Assembly (NCBI GenBank): GCA_017882525.1
Contig: JADGPI010000211.1
Span: forward strand, 1-17,827
DNA length: 17,827 bases
Source of the DNA: Thermoleophilia bacterium
GTDB lineage: Bacteria; Actinomycetota; Thermoleophilia; RBG-16-64-13
Direction: 5' to 3'
Below, piece after piece: positions 7,977-14,572 of the stretch. Under the pieces are notes generated by a model, which made no database searches, had not been told where the DNA came from, and was given only the letters and a program-made list of their open reading frames with translations. Positions within the stretch are counted from its first letter, which is position 1, and every line of letters begins with the position of its first letter. A program made the translations under genes and the position numbers.

Positions 7977-8194
7977 GGTATCAGTGCCGGCATAAGGTAG
8001 CTGTAAGAAGTCACCCCTGACGACTACTGATGCGCGTGTCTGATGCTAACGTCCAGCTTATACCTCGGATGCTCTGATTGGGAGGCGGCGAAGTCCATGA
8101 CTCCCGTCACTCAGCTGGCGCCGGTGCGGGCGCGAGCGAGCGCGCGGCGGCCCGGGCTGGGCACCGAGTCACACCTGCGGGGACCGAACCGGCC

Positions 8195-8620
8195 CTAGCC
8201 CTCGACTCTTAACTCGGCGTACGGGAACCATGTGGCTCCCCCGGCAAGCTGGACCATGGCCCCTTCATGGGTGGTCCACAGCACGACACCGGTCTTGCCA
8301 AGATACTGCGCGAGCCATTCCGGCGGGTATTTGGTCCCTGCCACAGTGTTCTTGACGATGGTCACCTTGTTGCCGGTGGTGAGGGTTTCGCGGCTGACGG
8401 TGTACGAACCGGAGGGCGAAGCGACGCTGGGGTCGCCGGCAGAGCGAGGCTCCCTCAGAAACTCGAGGGTCAGCCGGATCTCCGGGGGGACCTGCTCCGG
8501 CAGCGCCCACCTCTCGATCTCGAGAGCACCGATCACCGGCGGTTTTCCCCCTGCCCGCTCGACATAACGGACGTTGGTCTCGGTCGCTTCCTCGAGCAAG
8601 AGCACGACTGACAGCACCAT
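8195..8620 (-). CDS. Hypothetical protein (141 aa) with no family recognised.
   Basis: The ATG start at 8620 has GGGAG about 6 nt upstream. Codon usage and composition are protein-like and not R/P/G-rich. I could not assign any motif. Confidence 0.45.
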   Translation of the reverse strand: MVLSVVLLLEEATETNVRYVERAGGKPPVIGALEIERWALPEQVPPEIRLTLEFLREPRSAGDPSVASPSGSYTVSRETLTTGNKVTIVKNTVAGTKYPPEWLAQYLGKTGVVLWTTHEGAMVQLAGGATWFPYAELRVEG

Positions 8621-8689
8621 GTGGGCTCCCTAGGTCTTGGCGCCGCGGGCTGCCGCCTGAGAAGACGCCAGTCGGAAGACGCCGGATCG

Positions 8690-8731
8690 ATACAACACTT
8701 CAAACCACACCAAACCACATCACAACACACA
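8690..8731. repeat. A CA-rich low-complexity tract containing an imperfect 10-bp tandem direct repeat (AAACCACACC and AAACCACATC, followed by ACAACACACA), located in the divergent promoter region between the hypothetical gene and rex.
   Basis: Seen in the sequence. It is compositionally anomalous in a ~65% GC genome. It is preceded by a 9-bp direct repeat, GAAGACGCC x2, at 8660-8682. Confidence 0.3.
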
Positions 8732-8841
8732 TGGCGTCAAGTCATTATAGGAAGATAGCGCTCCGGTGTATAAATAGTGTCTGTCTCACTGCCTGACCCG
8801 CCCGCGTTCGGTCTGATTCGACCCATTCATGAACAGTTCCG

Positions 8842-8871
8842 TTGACATTGCATGACTTACTGTGATTTAAT
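8842..8871 (+). promoter_or_regulatory. Sigma-70-like promoter of rex. The -35 element is TTGACA (8842-8847), followed by an 18-nt spacer and an extended -10 TGaTTTAAT (8863-8871).
   Basis: Seen in the sequence. It lies about 28 nt upstream of the RBS GAGGAGG (8887-8893) and the ATG at 8899. It sits in the most AT-rich stretch of the window. Confidence 0.45.
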
Positions 8872-8876
8872 TCACC
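8861..8876. promoter_or_regulatory. Rex-operator-like palindrome TGTGATTTAATTCACC (compare the Rex consensus TTGTGAA-N4-TTCACAA). It overlaps the -10 of the rex promoter, which suggests autoregulation.
   Basis: The half-sites TGTGA and TCAC are seen in inverted orientation with the correct spacing. The relevant established knowledge is the Rex operator consensus from Firmicutes, Actinobacteria and Thermus. Confidence 0.5.
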
Positions 8877-8898
8877 ATACGGAAGCGAGGAGGACCGG

Positions 8899-9627
8899 AT
8901 GGGCTCCGAAGACACAAAAGGCCGTGACCCGATCTCTCTGGAGACAGAGGCGGAAACAGCCGACCCTCCGAAGGCCCAAACGGAACGCAACAGTCGGCCC
9001 GACAAGCGAGTTTCGCTCCATACCGTCGAGCGGCTGAGCAGTTATCGGCGGATTCTGGAGGAACTCGATCATGAGGGCGTCGAGTACATCCATTCGCAGA
9101 GCCTCGCCGCCCTCGTAGGAGTCACACCCGCCCAACTGCGGCGTGATCTCGCCAGCTTTGGCACCTTCGGCAATATCTCCCGCGGCTACAACGTCTATCA
9201 GATGAGCCGGACCATTAGCCGCATCATGGGCACCGACAACGTGCAGGCGGTCGCTCTTTTCGGGGTCGGCGACTTGGGTCGGGCCTTGCTGTCGTATCGA
9301 GGCTTCGAGGAGCGAGGCTTCCAGATCGCCGTGGCTTTCGACCTCGACCAGGAGAAGATAGGACACGTCTTCGCTGGGCGTCGCTGCTATGCGCTCGCCG
9401 ATCTGGAGACGGTGGTGGCAGACTACGCCGTGCGCGTGGGAATCCTTGCGTCTAGACCTGAGGGTATCCAAGCACTCGTGGACAGGGCGGCTGCCGCGGG
9501 GGTCAGGTCGTTCTTGAACTTCGTGCCGAAGCGCGTCGCCCCTCCGCCGGGTTGTTTCGTGGAGCACATGGACATCTCGGCCAAGTTGGAGAAGCTCTCC
9601 TTTCTGAGTCGGCGGGAGGGAGAGTAG
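8899..9627 (+). CDS. rex: Redox-sensing transcriptional repressor Rex (NADH/NAD+ sensor). It has an N-terminal ~35-aa low-complexity extension, then a wHTH domain and a Rossmann-fold domain.
   Basis: Seen in the translation: a Rex-like wHTH (VERLSSYRRILEEL...LAALVGVTPAQLRRDLASFGTFGNISRGYNV), the Rossmann motif GVGDLGRAL, and the C-terminal swap-helix region. The RBS GAGGAGG lies 5 nt upstream. Confidence 0.85.
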   Translation: MGSEDTKGRDPISLETEAETADPPKAQTERNSRPDKRVSLHTVERLSSYRRILEELDHEGVEYIHSQSLAALVGVTPAQLRRDLASFGTFGNISRGYNVYQMSRTISRIMGTDNVQAVALFGVGDLGRALLSYRGFEERGFQIAVAFDLDQEKIGHVFAGRRCYALADLETVVADYAVRVGILASRPEGIQALVDRAAAAGVRSFLNFVPKRVAPPPGCFVEHMDISAKLEKLSFLSRREGE

Positions 9628-9668
9628 GGAGCGATGGGGAAAGTCAGGCGGTATTTTTTTCCTTTCTA

Positions 9669-9686
9669 TTGTGAACCGTTTCACTG
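9669..9686. promoter_or_regulatory. Rex-operator-like palindrome TTGTGAACCGTTTCACTG in the rex to response-regulator intergenic region. It lies upstream of the hydrogenase and two-component operon.
   Basis: Seen in the sequence. It matches the consensus TTGTGAA-N4-TTCACAA at 12 of 14 specified positions and lies 63 nt upstream of the ATG at 9749. Confidence 0.55.
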
Positions 9687-9748
9687 TGAAGTAGGTAACT
9701 AATGGCAGGCCAGGTTTCGGGGGCCTGCCGAAGCAGAAGGAGGAGGAC

Positions 9749-10186
9749 ATGACGACCAAAAAGATCCTCGTCGTGGACGACGACCGCGACCTCGTGGCGT
9801 CGATGGAGGCTTTTCTCGGAGCACGCGGCTTCGAAGTGGCCACGGCTCACAACGGCCGGGAGGCCTACGCGCGGATCGTGGAGAGCCGGCCCGACCTCAT
9901 CGTCCTCGATGTGATGATGGACTACGACGAAGAGGGTATGGTCTTTGCCAGCGCTCTGAAGACCGATGGGCCTACGCGAGACATCCCCATCATCATGGTC
10001 TCCGGCTTCAACGTCCAGAAGGAGACCAGAGAAAGGGTCATCGCCTCGCTCATGGGCCAGGATTGGCCGGCTGAGACGTTCTTCCAGAAACCGGTCCGCC
10101 TCGCCGACCTCGCCGCGCGCATCGACCTGCTGCTCGAGCGGGAGGAGGAACGGCACACGCCGTGGCCACTGGCGGAAGAGGCCTAG
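9749..10186 (+). CDS. Single-domain response regulator (a CheY-like receiver only), the first gene of the hydrogenase operon.
   Basis: Seen in the translation: the receiver signatures ILVVDDDRD, the phospho-acceptor D in LIVLDVMM, a conserved S (MVSG) and K (FQKPV). There is no output domain. The RBS GAAGGAGGAGG lies upstream. Confidence 0.8.
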   Translation: MTTKKILVVDDDRDLVASMEAFLGARGFEVATAHNGREAYARIVESRPDLIVLDVMMDYDEEGMVFASALKTDGPTRDIPIIMVSGFNVQKETRERVIASLMGQDWPAETFFQKPVRLADLAARIDLLLEREEERHTPWPLAEEA

Positions 10187-10692
10187 CCGTGAGCTCCGTC
10201 GCCGAGATCATCAGGGAACGCGGCCTCGCAGAGCGAGGCGAGTTTGCAACCGACCAGTTGATCCCCCTGCTTCAGGAGATACAGGCGCGGGAGGGTCACG
10301 TTTCTGAGAAGGCGATGAGCGCTCTCGCGGCCGCGCTCGACACCTCTGTCGCGCGGGTGTACGGAGTGGCGACCTTCTACAACCAATTCCGCTTCGCGCC
10401 TTTGGGCGAGCATGTCATCGAGATCTGCCGGGGAACGGCGTGCCATGTCAAACAGAGCCTGGCTCTGGCACAGCACCTCAAGCGGCGGCTCAAGCTGCGC
10501 GAGGACGGCAACTCCTCCGACGGTCGTTTCACCGTCCTCAGCGTTGCCTGCTTGGGGGCCTGCTCGATCGCTCCGGTCTTGAAGCTGGACGGCGAGTTCT
10601 ACGGCCATCTCACGCTGGAGAAACTCGACGAACTGCTGGACAACGCCGGAAGCCCGCTCCAGGTCGCTCCACAGGAAGTGAGCTTGTCATGA
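10162..10692 (+). CDS. NuoE/HndA/HydC-like thioredoxin-fold [2Fe-2S] subunit of an NAD(P)H-linked multimeric hydrogenase.
   Basis: Seen in the translation: CRGTAC (Cx4C) and CLGACSIAP (Cx3C), the 2Fe-2S motifs typical of the NuoE family. The start is either ATG 10162, which overlaps the upstream gene by 25 nt, or the in-frame GTG 10189 just after its stop. The stop overlaps the next start (ATGA at 10689-10692). Confidence 0.8.
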   Translation: MATGGRGLAVSSVAEIIRERGLAERGEFATDQLIPLLQEIQAREGHVSEKAMSALAAALDTSVARVYGVATFYNQFRFAPLGEHVIEICRGTACHVKQSLALAQHLKRRLKLREDGNSSDGRFTVLSVACLGACSIAPVLKLDGEFYGHLTLEKLDELLDNAGSPLQVAPQEVSLS

Positions 10693-12704
10693 CCGAGAGC
10701 ACGCTTGTCGTCCCTTGCTGCTCCCGCTGCACCCACACCCTCAGTAACCCTTGCAGGGACCTGGTCTACTGCATCCAGAACGGTCCGGCATGCCACCAGT
10801 CCCCGGAGTGTTCGGAGGAGCGCGGGAAACGGCGCGCGCGCGTGCTCCGCGGCGGCGAAGACATCGTCCTCTACGTGGGTGCCGGCACATGTGGTCTGGC
10901 CAACGGCGCCGCTCGGGTCATCGAGAGATCTCGAGAATACTTTGCGGCGCGCTCCCTACCGGTGTCTGTGGTGGCAGTCGGCTGCGTGGGCTATTGCCAG
11001 CGCGAAGTGTTCGTCGACATGCGAGGCCGGGATGGAGTCCGCCTCTCCTATTGCGACCTGGGCCCGGACACCGTCGCCGAGTTCCTCGAGAGCGTCTTCG
11101 AGCGCGGCGAACTGCGCAACCGGTTCCTTTACGGTCGGTACCCGGACCCGTCGAGTGCTGCCGGGGCAGGCAGCCCCAGCTACGAGGACATCCCACTCAT
11201 CGGGGAAACACCGTTCTTCGAGCGCCAGACCCGTGTGGTACTCCAGAACTGCGGCGTCATAGATCCCGGGTCTGTGGACGCGGCCCTCGCTGCCGGCGGC
11301 TTCTCCTCCGCCGTACGGGCGCTCACTACCATGACCCGCGAAGAGGTGTGCCACACAGTACTTGCCTCCGGACTTCGGGGCCGGGGCGGGGCGGGCTTCC
11401 TCACCGGGCGGAAGTGGAAGATCGCATTGGAAACCCCGCGCGCTCAGAAGTACCTCATCTGCAACGCCGACGAGGGTGACCCCGGAGCGTTCATGGACCG
11501 CGCGGTGCTCGAGAGCGACCCGTTTCGGGTGCTCGAAGGCATGCTGATCGCAGCGTATGCGATCGGCGCGAGCAAAGGTTACGTGTACTGCCGGGCCGAG
11601 TACCCGCTCGCGATCGAACGCCTGCAGGATGCCATAGACCAGTGCCGCCGGGCCGGCTTCCTGGGCACCAACATCTTCGGAAGCCTCGTCGACTTCGACA
11701 TCAGTATCAAACAAGGCGCCGGGGCATTCGTCTGCGGTGAGGAGACGGCCATCCTAGCCAGCATCGAAGGGGGCAGGGGCACGCCCCGTCCTCGGCCGCC
11801 GTACCCGGCTGTGAGCGGCCTCCATGGCAAGCCGACCGTGCTCAACAACGTCGAGACCCTGGCGAACGTCCCGGAGATCCTACGCCGCGGGGCAGAGTGG
11901 TTCCGCGACCTGGGCTTGGGTGACGCGGCCGGCACCAAGGTCTTCGCCCTGAGCGGCCAGGTGCGGAACACCGGCCTGGTAGAGGTGCCGGTGGGCATCC
12001 CGTTGCGCGAGATAGTATGCGCGATCGGCGGCGGCGCTCCTGAAGGGCACCGGCTGAAAGCGGTCCAGATCGGCGGACCGAGCGGCGGCTGCATCCCCGA
12101 GCACCTGCTGGACGTGGCCACCGACTACGGTAAACTGCAGGAACTCGGCGCCATGATGGGCTCCGGGGGCATGGTCGTGATGGACGAGCGGACCTGCATG
12201 GTCGACGTGGCCAAGTACTTCATGGAGTTCATCCGCAACGAGTCGTGCGGCAAATGCACCCCGTGTCGGGAAGGCACCACACGCATGCACGAGATTCTCG
12301 TGGCCCTCACTGAGCGGCCGGTGGGAGAAGAGATCCGCCAGCTCGAGCGCTTCCGCGGTCTCCTCCACCTTGAAGAACTCGCGGATACCATCAAGGACAC
12401 CTCGCTGTGCGGGCTCGGACAGTCCGCCGCCAACCCCGTCCTTTCGACGCTCCGGTTCTTTCGCGACGAGTACGAGGCCCACATCATGGAGAACGTCTGT
12501 CCCGCCGGCGTCTGCCAGGGCCTCCGAACGTACAGCATCGACACCTCGATGTGCACGGGCTGCACACAGTGCCGCAAGAGTTGTCCCAGCGGCGCCATCG
12601 TCGGGGAACGCAAGAAGGTCCACTACATCGTCGTCGACCGTTGCGTCGGCTGCGGGGCCTGCGCCGACGCCTGCCCCAAGCAGGCCGTCGCAGCGGTGGC
12701 TTGA
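10689..12704 (+). CDS. NuoF/HndC/HydB-like flavoprotein subunit (NADH-binding, FMN, [4Fe-4S]). It has an N-terminal thioredoxin-like domain, two C-terminal [4Fe-4S] ferredoxin domains, and an unusual ~45-aa Cys-rich N-terminal extension.
   Basis: Seen in the translation: the NuoF signatures RGGAGFLTG and ESCGKCTPCREG; the C-terminal CTGCTQCRKSCP and CVGCGACADACP; and the N-terminal segment PCCSRCTHTLSNPCRDLVYCIQNGPACHQSPEC. The ATG start at 10689 is coupled (ATGA) to the upstream stop. The upstream part of the 10440 ORF overlaps the previous gene and is not used. Confidence 0.85.
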   Translation: MTESTLVVPCCSRCTHTLSNPCRDLVYCIQNGPACHQSPECSEERGKRRARVLRGGEDIVLYVGAGTCGLANGAARVIERSREYFAARSLPVSVVAVGCVGYCQREVFVDMRGRDGVRLSYCDLGPDTVAEFLESVFERGELRNRFLYGRYPDPSSAAGAGSPSYEDIPLIGETPFFERQTRVVLQNCGVIDPGSVDAALAAGGFSSAVRALTTMTREEVCHTVLASGLRGRGGAGFLTGRKWKIALETPRAQKYLICNADEGDPGAFMDRAVLESDPFRVLEGMLIAAYAIGASKGYVYCRAEYPLAIERLQDAIDQCRRAGFLGTNIFGSLVDFDISIKQGAGAFVCGEETAILASIEGGRGTPRPRPPYPAVSGLHGKPTVLNNVETLANVPEILRRGAEWFRDLGLGDAAGTKVFALSGQVRNTGLVEVPVGIPLREIVCAIGGGAPEGHRLKAVQIGGPSGGCIPEHLLDVATDYGKLQELGAMMGSGGMVVMDERTCMVDVAKYFMEFIRNESCGKCTPCREGTTRMHEILVALTERPVGEEIRQLERFRGLLHLEELADTIKDTSLCGLGQSAANPVLSTLRFFRDEYEAHIMENVCPAGVCQGLRTYSIDTSMCTGCTQCRKSCPSGAIVGERKKVHYIVVDRCVGCGACADACPKQAVAAVA

Positions 12705-12714
12705 AAGGTCTGCC

Positions 12715-14565
12715 ATGAACGTCACGATCAACGACAAGAAGCTGCGATCCGCTCCCGGCGAGACGGTGCTCCAAGTGGCCCGCAGGGCCGGCATCAACAT
12801 CCCACATCTGTGCTCGCTCGACTGGGCCCCGTCACCCTCGGCCTCCTGCCGCCTCTGCGTGGTGGAAGTCGAGGGTATGTCCAGGCTCCAGACCAGCTGC
12901 ACCCTGCCCGCGACGGAAGGCATGGTGGTCCGCACCCACACGCCGCGCGTCCTCAAGGCGCGCCGGGCCATCGTGGAGTTGCTCGTGGCCAACCATCCGC
13001 AGGACTGCCTCACCTGTTCGCGATCCGGCAAATGCGAACTGGCCGACTTGGCCGGTGACCTCGGCGTGCGGCAGCGGCGGTACGCAGGAGTCAAGAAAGA
13101 CCAACCTATCGACATCTCTTCGCCGGCGATCTGGCGAGATCCTAACAAATGCGTGCTCTGCGGACGCTGTGTGACCATGTGCCAGCACGTCCAGGGAGTG
13201 GGAGCGATCGATTTTACCGGGCGAGGCTTCCGCACTCAGGTCGCTCCTGGTTTTTACGCGGGGCTCAACGTCTCGGGGTGCGTATACTGCGGTCAATGCG
13301 TGCGGGTCTGCCCCACCGGGGCGCTCGTCGAACGGAGCCACGTCGACGCGGTCGTGGCAGAGCTTGGCGATCCAAACACAGTGGTGGTGGCGCAGATAGC
13401 GCCGGCAGTGCCGGCCACTCTCCTGAAAGGCCACAGCAAACGGCAAGACGTCCACTCGACCCTCGAGCGGCTGGCGGCAGCGCTCAAACATGTCGGCTTC
13501 ACCGCGATCTTCGATACCTGTTTCGCTGCCGACCTGACCATCATGGAAGAGGCCACCGAGCTTCTCCAGCGGGTCCAAAAGGGCGGCGTCCTCCCGATGT
13601 TCACGAGCTGCTCTCCGGCCTGGGTCCAATTCGTGGAAACGCACCGGCCCGACCTCATCCCCCACCTCTCCACGTGCAAGTCGCCCCAGCAGATGGCGGG
13701 CGCCCTGATCAAAGAGCTTTACCCAGGCTATGCCGGACTCGACGGCAAGCGACTGGTAGTCGTGTCTCTCATGCCCTGCACGGCCAAGAAGTTCGAGGCA
13801 CAGGACCAAGGAGACGTCGATTACGTGCTCACCACCCGCGAACTGGACGCGCTGTGGGATCGTTTCGGCATCGACTTCGCTGCATTCGAAGAACAAACGC
13901 CTCTCGACCCGCCGTTTTCGGAAGCCACCGGCGCCGGTCGCCTTTTCGGCGGCAGTGGCGGGGTGATGGAAGCGGCCGTGCGAACAGCGGCCACCCTGGT
14001 GGGAGGTGACGCCGCGACGATGGAGTTGACGACCGAGGCTCGAGGTCTCGACGGCGTCAAGTGCTTCACCGTTGAGCTCGGCGGGACCACCCTGAAACTG
14101 GGCGTAATCAACGGCCTTGGCCGGCTGCGCCCGGCCCTGGACGAAGTGTTGTCGGATCTTCATTTCGTGGAAGTCATGTCCTGTCCCGGAGGGTGCGTGG
14201 GCGGCGGCGGCCAACCGTATGGCAGCGAGATCGAGGACGTGCGCAAAAGGCAGGGAAATCTCTACCAAGCCGACCTGCGTTCGGACGCCCGCGGCTCCCA
14301 CGAGAACGCCGGTGTGGCTGCCCTCTACCAGGACCTTCTGGGCCGTCCGCTCAGTGAAGTGTCGCATCACCTGCTGCACCGCGAGTACGCGGACCGAAGT
14401 GGCGGTAACGGCGATGATGCCCCCCTTTCGGCAGTGAGCGGCGCCGCGCACCATGCGGCCGACGCGGCCGCTCCGCGCGCGGCCGCAGCCCAGGCGCCCG
14501 TCCGCGAAGCCCCTTCGCTCGCAGCCGTCGGCGCGGCCGCGGCGGCCGCCGGCAGGGAAGACTGA
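12715..14565 (+). CDS. hydA: [FeFe]-hydrogenase large subunit HydA, with M3-type architecture. It has a plant-type [2Fe-2S] domain, a His-ligated [4Fe-4S], two [4Fe-4S] ferredoxin domains and the H-cluster domain, followed by an Ala-rich C-terminal tail. Its L1 motif deviates from canonical, reading TSCSPAW.
   Basis: Seen in the translation: HPQDCLTCSRSGKC (Hx3Cx2Cx5C); CVLCGRCVTMC and CVYCGQCVRVCP; the H-cluster motifs L2 MPCTAKKFE (13771-13797) and L3 EVMSCPGGCVGGGGQP (14171-14218); and L1 FTSCSPAW (13603-13623) instead of TSCCPxW. The start is ATG 12715, 10 nt after the hydB stop. The upstream part of the 12370 ORF is a GC-frame artefact. Confidence 0.85.
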   Translation: MNVTINDKKLRSAPGETVLQVARRAGINIPHLCSLDWAPSPSASCRLCVVEVEGMSRLQTSCTLPATEGMVVRTHTPRVLKARRAIVELLVANHPQDCLTCSRSGKCELADLAGDLGVRQRRYAGVKKDQPIDISSPAIWRDPNKCVLCGRCVTMCQHVQGVGAIDFTGRGFRTQVAPGFYAGLNVSGCVYCGQCVRVCPTGALVERSHVDAVVAELGDPNTVVVAQIAPAVPATLLKGHSKRQDVHSTLERLAAALKHVGFTAIFDTCFAADLTIMEEATELLQRVQKGGVLPMFTSCSPAWVQFVETHRPDLIPHLSTCKSPQQMAGALIKELYPGYAGLDGKRLVVVSLMPCTAKKFEAQDQGDVDYVLTTRELDALWDRFGIDFAAFEEQTPLDPPFSEATGAGRLFGGSGGVMEAAVRTAATLVGGDAATMELTTEARGLDGVKCFTVELGGTTLKLGVINGLGRLRPALDEVLSDLHFVEVMSCPGGCVGGGGQPYGSEIEDVRKRQGNLYQADLRSDARGSHENAGVAALYQDLLGRPLSEVSHHLLHREYADRSGGNGDDAPLSAVSGAAHHAADAAAPRAAAAQAPVREAPSLAAVGAAAAAAGRED

Positions 14566-14572
14566 GGGCCCC

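Noticed and set aside
7977-8194. Possible tRNA, sRNA or small ORF (MTPVTQLAPVRARASARRPGLGTESHLRGPNRP) in the 218-nt gap, and CTGATGC direct repeats.
   Set aside because: There is no tRNA-like T-arm or cloverleaf signature. The small ORF is Arg-rich with no RBS. The repeats are short (7 bp) and could arise by chance. They are left as unannotated intergenic promoter or terminator space.
9640-9660. A T7 run after the rex stop codon, as a possible intrinsic terminator.
   Set aside because: There is no preceding stem. The upstream 40 nt are purine-rich with no complementarity, so it was not called.
14453-14572. The upstream ATG start for the hydS-kinase gene, which overlaps hydA by 112 nt.
   Set aside because: It would add MRPTRPLRARPQPRRPSAKPLRSQPSARPRRPPAGKTEGP, a pure P/R low-complexity segment read from the hydA Ala-rich tail in another frame. 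GTG 14573, just after the hydA stop, is more plausible. The start remains uncertain.
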